In this document: in pieces, positions 20,701 to 28,854 of the stretch
Position numbering within the stretch: the first letter of the stretch is position 1
Layout: each line of letters opens with the position of its first letter
Origin: an uncultured archaeon
GTDB lineage: Archaea; Thermoplasmatota; Penumbrarchaeia; JASLWR01
Reading direction: 5' to 3'
Length of the DNA: 64,000 nt
NCBI GenBank assembly: GCA_964342815.1
Contig: CAYFHS010000010.1
Span: 2,534-66,533, forward strand
Notes under the pieces: model-generated
What the model saw: only the letters and a program-made list of their open reading frames with translations
What the model was told of the DNA's origin: nothing
Database searches by the model: none
Translations under genes and position numbers: made by a program

Positions 20701-23462
20701 CCGGTGTACCGGTGAAGGATGCGTATATTGGGATCGATGCCGAAGTTTACAAACATACATCTTCGGGGGAAATATCCAGAAAACTGAACCCAGGCATCCA
20801 TATCGTTAGGGTGTTGGGTAAAGATTATGGTGGAATAAGATACGAGGGATATCTGGGAGAAGTGGAGATAAGATTGAACGAGACCACAATGCACCAGGTC
20901 GCCCTCCAGAAATGGATCGAACCGGAAGCCCCTGCCCCCTGGGGTATCCTCATAGGTAATATTACCGACGAGGACGGACTTCCCATCGCTGACTCCGAAA
21001 TAATAATCACGTGGATTAACAAGACCACCTTTAACTACACCGTGGGGAACAACAGCAGCGTTCCAGCCAATTTCACTCATTACAAATGGATCGACAACAA
21101 TACAATCGAGGTCACAGAAAACTTCACCGAGCATTACACAACGGTCATCACACCTGACGGTTCGTTCTACATCATACTCGATCCCGGCAATTATACTCTC
21201 ACACTCAAAGCCGATGGTTATCAAACGCAGACCATGGAAGTAATCATCTCCGGTGACGGCAATAAAACATGGCTGAACCTCTCCCTCAAAAAGAAGTCCG
21301 AATACGGCTATCTCGTGTTCACAGTGGTGGATTCAAATGGCGATGCGCTTACGGGAATGGATCTGGTCCTAAAGGGAGAAAAGAACAGGACGGAATTCGA
21401 GCTTTATGAAGAAGAACCGGGGAAATACCGATCCACCGGACTGCCGGAGGGTAATTACCTGTTAACGGTGGTAGGAAAAGGATACAGGGATTATAATGAA
21501 CGGATCGGAGTCACCGCCGGCGAGGATGGCAGGATGAACGATATAGGGAATATAACGATGTGGAAAGAGGTCGAGATCCATCCCCCTGCGGTAAGCAACA
21601 GCGCGGACCCCTTCATTTTAATCGGAATAATAATTCTTGCGGTTCTGGTATTATTGATAGTTGTTCTGATTCTTGTAAAACGTTCGAAAGAGAAAAAGAT
21701 GCTCTTGGATAAGGATAAACGACCGATACTCTGGCTTGACGAGATTTCTCTCGAGGATGTTGCTCTTACCGGAAATAAGGCTGCATGTCTCGGTGAAATT
21801 ACAACAAAGACAAGCGTTCCCATACCGCCAGGCTTTACCACCACCGGAGCTGCCTTCGAGATGTTCATGTCCGGGGAAGCACTCTCCGAAAAATTAAATG
21901 AAAAGATCGCGAAATTCGAAGACCCTGAAGATGAAGAGCTACTGGGGAAGATCGGAAAACAATGCCGTTATGCCGTTCTAAAAACCGAAATGGACCCTGA
22001 GTTTGAGAAATTCATAAGGTCATTCTATGATGAACTAGTGGTGAAATACAGGGAAATCATGGGTGAAGGTAAGGAAAAAATTAAGGGAAAAACCAAGGAA
22101 GAACCCGAGGAAGAACTTGAGGAAGATCCCTTTATGGCAGTTCGTTTATCGGTTGATGAAGATAAGATTCCCAAGGACTTATTCGCCAGCGGCCAACGAT
22201 CATATCTCAATATTCAGGGAGTGGAAAGCGTCATAGAAAGGATAAAGGAATGTTACTCACTGACGTTTACCGACGAAGCTATATTACACAGGCGGCTTGG
22301 TGAGATCGATCACAAGACCGAAGGAATTTCAATAATCGTACAATTGATGGTATTTTCCAAGGGTGCCGGTACCATGTGTACCCTGGATCCCATGGATGGA
22401 AACAATGAGCTGATATCTATAAAATCCGCCTACGGTTTGGGAGAGTACGTTGTGGAAGAGAAGGTCAAACCCCATTCCTACCTTGTTAACAAAGACACGA
22501 TGGAAATCGAGGAAAGGGAGATCACACCCCTGGGAATCATGCTTACCCGGAAACCGGAGGGTGGTGTCGAGGAGGTGCCAGTATCTCCGGAAGACTTCGA
22601 AACGGAACTTCTTTCGGACGAACAGGTAACTGAGCTGGCCGCTTATGCAAAGGAGATCGAGGCTCATTTCGGAAAGGACATGGAGATGGAATGGGCGTTG
22701 GACGAGAGGGACGGAAAGCTGTGGCTGATCTACTCCACGGCGGAGCTGTATTGGTCCTCGAAACCCAAAGAAACCGAGGAGATGGTGGAATTCACCTGCC
22801 CGGACTGTGGAGATACAGTTGAGGAAACGGCTACGTTCTGCGATTCCTGTGGCACCGATTTCGAAACTCCGGAACGGACGGTTGTTGAAAAAGTGGTCGA
22901 ACAACACATAGAGGAGGAGTTCCTCTGCCCCGAGTGCAGTGAACCTGTGGGCGCGGATGCGAAAAAATGCGATGCCTGCGGTGCTGATTTCGAAACACCG
23001 ATGATGCGAACCACAAAAGAAATTCCAGAAGAAGCGGCCGTTGCGGCATTGGAACCCGAAATCCTTTCGGAGGAAGAGATCGAAGATATGGACCTTGGGG
23101 AGCTGGAAGAGGAGACCGACGATATCTCTCTCGACCTTGATGATCTTGACGACCTTGACGACGAAGTATCCCTGAGTGCTCTGGATATGATGGTATCCAG
23201 CATGCTCGGTGAGGACGAAGAGGGTGAATCTGAAGAAGATTTAGAGGAAGAATCCGCGGGAGAACCATCGGAAGAACCTGAAGAACCACCAGCCCCCGAG
23301 GATGAGGCTGAGGAATCCGAAGGGGATTTCGATATTACCCTTGATGACCTGGACCTTGATGAAATCGAGATCGAAAGTGATGATGAAATGGATCTTGATA
23401 TCGATCTCGACGACATATCAATTGAAGACCTTGAGACAAGCCTGGACGAGCTGGGAGATTAA
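14703..23462 (+). CDS. 2,919-aa single-pass surface protein: FG-GAP/VCBS propeller, CARDB/Ig-like repeats, two jelly-roll (MAM/immune inhibitor A-like) domains, Ig-like, TM, then cytoplasmic PEP-synthase-like ATP-grasp domain, double zinc ribbon and acidic tail
   Basis: Signal peptide, GDLDGDGDLEIV-type repeats, repeated N.TV.N.G...D.N..NN CARDB motifs, GFYLDD/GFYIDD jelly-roll ends, TM at ~21612-21677, GNKAACLGE..PIPPGFTT and AYGLGEYVV (PpsA-like), and CPDC..CDSC / CPEC..CDAC. Confidence 0.85.
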   Translation: MATTGPAYRLLSIILVCVMCLNGIPPFTDPANEASASMSKISGLDSENLFHQVWSNKTDLNSTLREEPRDIFTTGGFLDLDNDALSEIVVGDASGWFYIYEFNGTDNSYTEVYSNDTGGSTVYAVAYGDLDGDGDLEIVTGGDNNQLRIYEWNQSNGSDNFTLANSSNLGGVVRDIEIRDLDNDFKNEMVVGWDQGVTIYSFNQTYHFAEEFHYGTDHPVYSVATGDFDSNLKTDVAAGELNHSSIYVFENIAQDAYSPALLQPYQMNQGNASGNVLSLETVDIDSDGREELVSGTNTGELYVINTPNNFANITFRQLDKLGSSEIWDIFIEDADVDQRADIFVAADHNYRVYDYEYVSGNIGLLNSYDKLVLSGPLGSNISPAPSSICVGDPDGDGKGDAIIGCFGDANDSMLFVLERNVFNDDAGVIGVNFPIDGGTLPTGTYTVNSTVKNMGVRQENIDVNCSIYDSNMNLIYSSDEFGIQLNSGERAYVDFDFPKWAANVQGTYHINVSTDLQVDENRSNDFKNITINITNVYDLAVQNVSFSGMAPYGEGENIFINASIRNEGNMLANNVSVYLMINSTQGYHYNDTDQKINLSAGNTTEIAFTPAWSPPAEGIYTVNISIMWDLDNNISNNYSHQPLVVNNTVDISAEINKLVSSFTIIDPWDGFDIFNTNSSLIVNGTLKNLGNKEETFNVTLNITDDNDTSVFLNEKELTLKKGELAGVEFDKWNTGNISYANYTINVSAHEPDENQNTNNNYSTKRIRVWDMYDLEASNIELNRSTPTNSNISMRINATVKNTGNLNLSDFTVRLEIRNSTGALDHSESTRVQTTVNRSETITASFNVNTPATEDDYTINVTVLYENDTYLANNFTTLAIKVDDLHDISMESLTFQGLNVKSHYSTGVHSFGATARNLGNTKESFDVEIKVGHSSGNNVTLLNDDMENGTGAWEHFSWEGDDLWHMVNSSNSFPGNHSANTSWWFGSEQSGHYNNGTKAIIYQTIDLADSFYASVDFWMNYSFETGDDYCRLLINNDTTLDPANASWTEIDGPYTGNSTGWIWNDINISSYAGQKVQIGFYVFSDSDNDDFRGFYLDDLRVNITQTAFDRQNTVNKELEPNNSVIISDAYNFAQETDYIIIFKSTLHNDELDGNNITTWKLNVLNYHDIGTTGTVMVTQRNEEIRNSASFEGPNDPAWSHGGVNDDWARGMPVSGPMMSHSPENVWGTNLEGNYSPNTSSWLRTPLLKNIPWGSEIEFWVWYSTNFSLNDIMSFQISNNNGATWTTLNEYTGSTLAWKKENFPLGDFYGNLSCRFFFSSDGQVQGDGFYIDDFRIISKAPFHIGETASFDVTIENFGNVPEINPEVLMTVTNTENLSYKFTQTKILGATLQPGDSHTFNWNFLAPENGTYRLNFDTVLPTDVDLKNNRSIGSIVMYNHTDISVKEITEPSDDNVFRMGEILRINAVIANEGTWDWDMVPVTFNITTKVNGRIMVKNLKVYNLSLARNETGNVSHNFTIPYVQGARYDIRVSVQRNNTLDMNFTNNNQTIFVYGLVVEKTPALFGYISSKFDGKPIKLARVSGSIDEASPSWTQTDASGFYWFQLDGGDSVEISVIKEGFVTLTTSVKIVLDNNFQPMNLRKDLSLDVYNNVPTVSITEAPEFALKGESVIFHVGFGDADAGQVHFFNISSNLSGSIDIDGGMHLGTSSLSFNSSQLKPGTHRIFVNISDLYSSASTNSTLVIYRVRNIDENSGEPTSVWLEGEYGGSGEVLLIHNNTKPVNCENISHDLDSVGQFATVNMTGQGRIIWARILFKYSEDAFPPGTYQEDLGLFYYNDTDGKWIKLEDTVMDGENNSIYLNQTDPPRDRIYALLVKRDLIPPTITDVWPIDGASDVDVVSNYTLVFSELVDHNTIESAIVVLDSGNNEIEFDLDAVDDAVNRTTTVTLNFTESLAYLHTYILNISANLSDLAGNIIQEFSFRFTTIKVPVSTGTLIVRVRNETGVPVKDAYIGIDAEVYKHTSSGEISRKLNPGIHIVRVLGKDYGGIRYEGYLGEVEIRLNETTMHQVALQKWIEPEAPAPWGILIGNITDEDGLPIADSEIIITWINKTTFNYTVGNNSSVPANFTHYKWIDNNTIEVTENFTEHYTTVITPDGSFYIILDPGNYTLTLKADGYQTQTMEVIISGDGNKTWLNLSLKKKSEYGYLVFTVVDSNGDALTGMDLVLKGEKNRTEFELYEEEPGKYRSTGLPEGNYLLTVVGKGYRDYNERIGVTAGEDGRMNDIGNITMWKEVEIHPPAVSNSADPFILIGIIILAVLVLLIVVLILVKRSKEKKMLLDKDKRPILWLDEISLEDVALTGNKAACLGEITTKTSVPIPPGFTTTGAAFEMFMSGEALSEKLNEKIAKFEDPEDEELLGKIGKQCRYAVLKTEMDPEFEKFIRSFYDELVVKYREIMGEGKEKIKGKTKEEPEEELEEDPFMAVRLSVDEDKIPKDLFASGQRSYLNIQGVESVIERIKECYSLTFTDEAILHRRLGEIDHKTEGISIIVQLMVFSKGAGTMCTLDPMDGNNELISIKSAYGLGEYVVEEKVKPHSYLVNKDTMEIEEREITPLGIMLTRKPEGGVEEVPVSPEDFETELLSDEQVTELAAYAKEIEAHFGKDMEMEWALDERDGKLWLIYSTAELYWSSKPKETEEMVEFTCPDCGDTVEETATFCDSCGTDFETPERTVVEKVVEQHIEEEFLCPECSEPVGADAKKCDACGADFETPMMRTTKEIPEEAAVAALEPEILSEEEIEDMDLGELEEETDDISLDLDDLDDLDDEVSLSALDMMVSSMLGEDEEGESEEDLEEESAGEPSEEPEEPPAPEDEAEESEGDFDITLDDLDLDEIEIESDDEMDLDIDLDDISIEDLETSLDELGD

Positions 23463-24079
23463 TTTTCCCAGGTATCGGTGTGGGTTAATTTATAAAGCTC
23501 CGCCTGTCGGTACATTTCCAAAGCATAGTCGATATGCCCTACCATTTCGCTCTTGGGCGTTTTCCCCACTATTTCACCGTAGTATGGTTTTACCTCGCCG
23601 TCATCGTCCTCTTTCAGGGTTATTATGATAAAGGTCGGTGCCTCATGCTCTTCACCATTTTGAAAATCATAAGTATTCCACGCTTTGTCCTTCTCCTGGT
23701 CCTCTCCCCAGTAAACCAAAAAGAACTCGACCTCGTCTTCATAATCATCTTCGATATCCTGAATAACGGGCAGCATCTCGTCACAGGCAACGCAGCCGTA
23801 TTTTAGAGAAAAGTCGATGAAAACCACTTTTTCTTCCAGCTCGTCGAGAACCCATTGCGGATGAGCTGCCCCGTTTGCCGTCTCGAACCGGAATTCCACT
23901 TCACTCACCGGGGTCAATCCGAGGCATGAAAGGCATTTCGGGATCGAGATCTCTTCGTTGTAACCGTAACCGCCCAGTGCGATTCCACTTATCATCAAGG
24001 CCAGGGTTATTGTAGCCAGGATCAATTGTTGTGGTCTTTTTCTGGTGGCATCTCCGGTCTTTTCCGGTTTTATTTCCAT
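23459..24079 (-). CDS. Membrane-anchored thioredoxin-fold protein
   Basis: N-terminal TM, CLSC, then VVFIDF...CVACDEMLP and a cis-Pro-like APTFIII. Confidence 0.75.
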   Translation of the reverse strand: MEIKPEKTGDATRKRPQQLILATITLALMISGIALGGYGYNEEISIPKCLSCLGLTPVSEVEFRFETANGAAHPQWVLDELEEKVVFIDFSLKYGCVACDEMLPVIQDIEDDYEDEVEFFLVYWGEDQEKDKAWNTYDFQNGEEHEAPTFIIITLKEDDDGEVKPYYGEIVGKTPKSEMVGHIDYALEMYRQAELYKLTHTDTWEN

Positions 24080-24135
24080 GTGCTTATCCCGTTCCGGGTG
24101 GTGGGTGTTAAAAAGGACTTATTTACTAAAAGAAT

Positions 24136-24276
24136 AAAATGCGGGTACTCGCAGGCCCCTACGGGCTCTGCTGTCCCCACACATTTTTTCCCCTTGGTCA
24201 AAAATATGCGGGTGCCCGCTTTGCTCCGTCGAATCAAGATTCGACTGCACCCCCACATTTCTCTCCCTTTGGTCGT
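24136..24276 (-). repeat. Two imperfect tandem units downstream of tRNA-Gly repeating the tRNA 3' end
   Basis: On the + strand the units 24136-24200 and 24201-24276 each begin AAAAT(AT)GCGGGT, like the tRNA end AAAATGTGCGGGTG, and end CCCC(A)CACATTT..CCCTT(T)GGTC. Confidence 0.7.
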
Positions 24277-24282
24277 AAAATG

Positions 24283-24355
24283 TGCGGGTGCCGGGATTTG
24301 AACCCGAGTTTTAAGCTTGGCAAGCTTAAGTGATACCAGGCTACACCACACCCGC
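24283..24355 (-). tRNA. tRNA-Gly (GCC)
   Basis: GCGGGTG...CACCCGCA acceptor stem, TAGCCTGGTA D-loop, anticodon loop TTGCCAA and GGTTCAAATCC T-arm. 73 nt, CCA not encoded. Confidence 0.96.
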
Positions 24356-24445
24356 ACTGATGGATTTAATTAGTCGATTGGGCTGCAGGAATAATCACTC
24401 GGGGACATATAAATATATTGCCAGCGTCCTCCCCAAAAAAGAAAA

Positions 24446-24721
24446 TCATGCCTTGAACAAAGTTATCTCTAAAGAAGAAACGCTAACCATATGACCATCC
24501 TTGGACGGCAAATTCTCCGTGTCGGTCTGCATCTTCTCTATGCTCACTTCCTTCAAAAAGCGGTTCTTTACTATTTCGGCCACGTCTATCGCCTTTGCAG
24601 TGACCCTGCCCCTGGCCTTGATAACCACCCTGTTGGCGCCAGAATTGAACTCGGTCATAACTGCGAGAACATAGTTCATGGTCGGTCGTTTTCCTATAAA
24701 GATCATGGGCTCTTCTGACAT
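24446..24721 (-). CDS. albA: DNA/RNA-binding protein Alba
   Basis: IFIGKRPTMNYVLAV, VVIKARGR..AKAIDVAEIV and VSSLEITL motifs. Confidence 0.95.
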   Translation of the reverse strand: MSEEPMIFIGKRPTMNYVLAVMTEFNSGANRVVIKARGRVTAKAIDVAEIVKNRFLKEVSIEKMQTDTENLPSKDGHMVSVSSLEITLFKA

Positions 24722-24851
24722 CTTGTCACCTCCTGAACGGTGGAAATATACTGTAATTATCGGTTCTGGTGTTGTTCTTCGAAGTTCTCGATCGGCATCC
24801 CTAAAGAACCCAAATCATTCCCCATATGTATTGATCATAAATTGTGGGGCA

Positions 24852-26066
24852 TCACTTTCCTAGAGGGTGTAATCTCTTGACCTTCCTTGCCGGGGCCAAA
24901 TCCAAGGACAGTTCCTCCAATATGGGTTCGACTGAGGTAACCTCGTCAAAGGTGGGGACGTCTCCGAGAACACTATTGACGGAACCTATCCGCTTCTCCA
25001 GTTCATCGAGATCGGACAGTTTGTGCTCAGGGATCTTTGTCCCGCTCCCGATGTACCCCGCCAACCCTTCAACGAGTTTCGTGATCTCGAAAGGCAGTAT
25101 TATCTTCGTGGATTGTCCGTCCCCTATGGACTTTATGGCGTCCAGGGAAAGAACGGTCAAAGATTTCTGGTCGAGTGTTGCGGCTCCCAGGGACAACACC
25201 CTAAGTTTCTGCGCCTCGCCCTGGGCTTCCAGTATTCGTGCAGTTCTCTCTCCTTCAGCAAGCAGTATTTTGGACTGCCTGACACCTTCGGCATTCAATA
25301 TTTTCGACTGTCGGCCCCCCTCAGCGTTCAGAATGGCGGCCTTCTTCAGTCCGGTGGCCCTGAGGATCGCCGCTCTCTTCTCCCTCTCTGCGGCGGTCTG
25401 TTCCTCCATGGATTTCTTTACTGCTCTTGCAGGGTCTACCTCTCGAATCTCCACCGCCTGGACCTTCACACCCCAGGGGTCCGTGGCCTGGTCCAGAATA
25501 TCCCTGAGCTGAATGTTGATGGATTCCCTGCTCGAGAGAATCTCATCCAGTTCCATGTCGCCTATCACCGAGCGAAGGGTGGTCTGAGCGAGAAAAATGG
25601 TGCCCACCTTGTAATTCTCGATCTCGTAGAATGCCTTTTTCACATCGTTGATCTTGATATATATCACCGCATCGACATTGGTGGGTGAATTGTCCTTGGT
25701 GATCACTTCCTGACGCGGTACGTCCAAGGTCTGGGTACGAAGGTCGAGCTTGTGGACCGTGGACACGAAGGGGGGTATGAAATTGAATCCGGGGTTCAAC
25801 CTGCGTTTGAACTTACCCAGTACTTCCAGCAACCCCTGTTCGTAGGGCCGGATTATCTTGAAAGATCTCATCAGTGCAACCAGGCCGAACAGAAGGATAA
25901 CAATGCCCAGGCTGATAAAACAAATAGTCTATGCATCAGCTCCACTGTCATCTTCGGTAGTGGCGTCGTCGTCATCATCCTGCGCTATAACCGGGCTTGC
26001 CATAAAGACAATGCTCAGGACGAACAAAACAGTTACTGCGATCATTAGTCGTTTTTTGACCTTCAT
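24852..26066 (-). CDS. SPFH/stomatin (band 7, QmcA-like) membrane protein with an in-frame TAG at codon 46 (25929-25931)
   Basis: SPFH core 24852-25871 (QEVITKDN, AQTTLRSVIGDMELD, WGVKVQAVEI, AEREKRAAIL). The same frame extends to an ATG at 26066 with a GAGGTGA RBS, encoding signal peptide, acidic linker, TAG and TM helix. Confidence 0.85.
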
Positions 26067-26070
26067 TTAC

Positions 26071-26532
26071 TCACCTCTTTCTTTCTGTCAATGATGCCAC
26101 CACTATGTGAACACCTTCTGATCCGATCACCTTTATCTTTCTGCCCTTGGGAATGACCTTTGTGGACTCGGCGGACCACATCTCGGATCCTATCCTTACC
26201 TTTCCATATGTAGGGCGTTCCGGGTCTGTCTCTCTGGTCACGATACCAATCTTGCCCACAAGACCGTCCGATGTGGTGGTCTCGGGTTCGGAGACAGGTG
26301 CGATTTTTCTGTAGATCATGATGGTTAGAATGGCAGCAATGGCCGTGCATACCAGAACAATGGTCCATCCCCACCAGCTCGTGATCACTTCTTCGATGCC
26401 GAGGATCCACGAGAGTATTCCAAAGACTATTATTGCGGTTCCCGGTATGGCAATGAAGAAACCCGGTACCACTGCTTCGAGGATCACAAGGAAAATCCCG
26501 AAAATGATGATTGCAACGCTGTAATTGAACAT
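26071..26532 (-). CDS. NfeD-like C-terminal domain protein (stomatin partner)
   Basis: ILEAVVPGFF TM helices, then LVGKIG.V...GKVRIGSEMWSAES..IPKG..IKVIG.EG..IVV OB-fold. Directly upstream of the SPFH gene. Confidence 0.88.
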   Translation of the reverse strand: MFNYSVAIIIFGIFLVILEAVVPGFFIAIPGTAIIVFGILSWILGIEEVITSWWGWTIVLVCTAIAAILTIMIYRKIAPVSEPETTTSDGLVGKIGIVTRETDPERPTYGKVRIGSEMWSAESTKVIPKGRKIKVIGSEGVHIVVASLTERKR

Positions 26533-26733
26533 AGGTTCACATTCCTGCAGAATGAATAATATTTCTGTAATACCTTCAGATTGCATGAGAACGTATTAGG
26601 CATCTTATACAACTTGGGTAATCATATAAGGCAATCGGGCTTATATAAATATATCTCCCATAAAAAAATTATCTCAAAGAATAAATTAAAAAAAAAAGAA
26701 AAAAGAGAAGAGAAAAAGGAAAACGGATAATTA

Positions 26734-27051
26734 CTATCCGAAGAGTGCTCCGAGACCGGAAACGGCTTCCTCTTCGGAAACCTCCTCTTCTTCCTCTTCC
26801 TCTTCTTCCTTTGGTGCTTCCGCAGCCTTTGCCGCAGGGGCCGCAGCTCCTCCGGAAGCAGCCGCTGGTGCAGCGAAAGCAGCGCTCTTTATGGCTTCCT
26901 CGATGTTTACGTTCTCGAGGGAAGCCACAAGTGCCTTGATTCTGGATGAATCGGCACTAATTCCAGCAGCTTTCAATACCTTGCTCAATGCGTCCGGGGT
27001 TACTTTTTTCCCTGCAGAATGAAGCAACATCGCACTATATATGTATTCCAT
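26734..27051 (-). CDS. rpl12: 50S ribosomal stalk protein P1 (aL12)
   Basis: [15 protein letters not shown], Ala-rich hinge, acidic run and terminal GLGALFG. Confidence 0.97.
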   Translation of the reverse strand: MEYIYSAMLLHSAGKKVTPDALSKVLKAAGISADSSRIKALVASLENVNIEEAIKSAAFAAPAAASGGAAAPAAKAAEAPKEEEEEEEEEVSEEEAVSGLGALFG

Positions 27052-27106
27052 ATTCGGGTCCTCCTTTTCATTTTTTAATAAATAATTACTCGTTATTCGT
27101 TATTTT

Positions 27107-28129
27107 CTAACCGAAGAGCGCACCAAGACCGGATACCGCCTCTTCCTCGGAAACCTCTTCCTCTTTTTCCTCTTTTTCCTCTTCTTCTTCCTCTTGAACC
27201 GGCTCCATGTTAGGTCCTTTCGAAGAAGCTTTGGTGGCCTGGCCTGCGAGAGCGCTTCTCAGTTCATCATCCACGGCGTCCGTGGAAACCTTCGATGCCA
27301 CCGCCAGCATATTCCCGTAAGCCTTCCCCAATATCTGCGAGATGGTGTTGGGAGTAGCGATGGCCTGGGATATGGCGATTGATATCGAGTCCCGTTGCGC
27401 CTTCTGTATCAGAGGAATGATGGTTGCATCCGTCGCATATGCTATGAATACCGCCAGGTTGAAAGCATTTCCCGCGGCATGCCGGAAGTTGGTTTCGAAA
27501 CCATCAAGGTCGATATCCAATGATGACGGATGAATTATCTCGCCGTTGTCGTAGATGCCCTTTAGCTGAAGACCCACTTCCATAGGGTATATCTCCAGTT
27601 TCGTTAGCATGGCAGCAACGTTCTCGGGTATTATCTCTCCCTTTTTTACGATGGTCTGGGATTTCCTGAAGACCACTTTTCCCTTCTCGATGGACGCGGG
27701 AAAACCAGCCCTCTGCAGTTCAGCAATGATCGGCCCCGGTTTGAAGGCGGTCTCACCCTTTTCCACAGTTATGTCCATGGGTGATATCTCTCCACCCTTG
27801 GCAGGTGCTTTTGTCTTCGTCGATTCCAGAATCTGAAAGAGCTTGAATGGGTTTTCCTTGCAGATGATCAGTGCTATCTGGCCATCAATAAATTGGCTCA
27901 ATTGTTCGATATTATCGAGTTCGGTCTCATCTATCGCTATCTTGAGGAGTTTGTTCTTCACCACCTTTAAGACCGCCTTATCCCTGAGATTAGCCCGCAT
28001 CTGCTGTATCTGGCGGGCAGCGATTCCATGAATACCTACTACGCCTACGACGTCCGACTCAGTGATCATGGTCGTAAGCTCGGACACTTCCTTTTTTTTC
28101 CACTCCGCTACATGTGCCATATCCACCAC
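27107..28129 (-). CDS. rpl10: 50S ribosomal protein uL10 (P0)
   Basis: VAEWKK.EV, KNKLL, T.FKPGP and terminal GLGALFG. Start probably the internal MAHV. Confidence 0.96.
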   Translation of the reverse strand: MVDMAHVAEWKKKEVSELTTMITESDVVGVVGIHGIAARQIQQMRANLRDKAVLKVVKNKLLKIAIDETELDNIEQLSQFIDGQIALIICKENPFKLFQILESTKTKAPAKGGEISPMDITVEKGETAFKPGPIIAELQRAGFPASIEKGKVVFRKSQTIVKKGEIIPENVAAMLTKLEIYPMEVGLQLKGIYDNGEIIHPSSLDIDLDGFETNFRHAAGNAFNLAVFIAYATDATIIPLIQKAQRDSISIAISQAIATPNTISQILGKAYGNMLAVASKVSTDAVDDELRSALAGQATKASSKGPNMEPVQEEEEEEKEEKEEEVSEEEAVSGLGALFG

Positions 28130-28130
28130 C

Positions 28131-28775
28131 TCACATCATCCTCATTGAAGGGCCCATCGTGGTCTTTAAATAGATCGAATCGATATTCATGAGACCCCTC
28201 TCGAGATGGGCCTCGACCCTTTTGATTATTTCTTCGTAGTTCGCCGCCAGATCGGCGGCGCTCATTTTTATGGTTCCTATTGGGGCGTGGAATGTCCTCC
28301 TGTCTTTGGACCTGATCCGGATCTTGTTCCTTAAAGAAGCTACTATAGGGGCCGGATCTGCCTGGGGAGGAATGGGTTGAGGCATTTTACCTCTGGGGCC
28401 AAGAATTATACCCATCCTCTTACCGATCACGGGCATCAGGGGCGTTTCCGCTATAAAGAAATCATGTCGGTTAACCATTTGTTTTGTCGATCTCTTGTTC
28501 TTAACAAGATCATCGATCTCTTCAGGTTGTATAACAAGGTCGGCAACCTTTTTTGCCTTTAATGCGAACTCCCCGGAACCGAATACGACCACTTTCATGG
28601 CCTTGCCTCTTCCTTTAGGAAGAATAATCTGTTCCTGTATCCTGTTCTTGGGCTGTTTCAAGTCCACATCCTTGAGGTTGATGGCAATTTCCACACTTTC
28701 CAGAAAACCTCTCTTGGGAGCGCTCTCCAGTGCTTTTTTTATTTTATCTATGTTCGTCTCTTCCGCCATGAACAT
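28131..28775 (-). CDS. rpl1: 50S ribosomal protein uL1
   Basis: R.F.ESVEIAINLKDVDL, LP.GRG, LGPRGKMP and KTTMGP motifs. Confidence 0.97.
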   Translation of the reverse strand: MFMAEETNIDKIKKALESAPKRGFLESVEIAINLKDVDLKQPKNRIQEQIILPKGRGKAMKVVVFGSGEFALKAKKVADLVIQPEEIDDLVKNKRSTKQMVNRHDFFIAETPLMPVIGKRMGIILGPRGKMPQPIPPQADPAPIVASLRNKIRIRSKDRRTFHAPIGTIKMSAADLAANYEEIIKRVEAHLERGLMNIDSIYLKTTMGPSMRMM

Positions 28776-28782
28776 TACCTCC

Positions 28783-28814
28783 CTGTAGTTAACGAGTATT
28801 AACCTCTCCTACAG
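28783..28814 (-). promoter_or_regulatory. Putative uL1-binding autoregulatory mRNA leader
   Basis: Minus strand CTGTAGGAG...TAACTACAG hairpin immediately before the GGAGG RBS of rpl1. Resembles the GUGGGAG...AACCAC L1 target motif. Confidence 0.6.
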
Positions 28815-28854
28815 CAAGTTATTTTTTAACTTTTAAATTAAATTGCTTTGTGCT

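Noticed and set aside
24136-24276. CRISPR array
   Set aside because: Only two degenerate units tied to a tRNA 3' end, the spacers are self-complementary, and there are no cas genes in the window.
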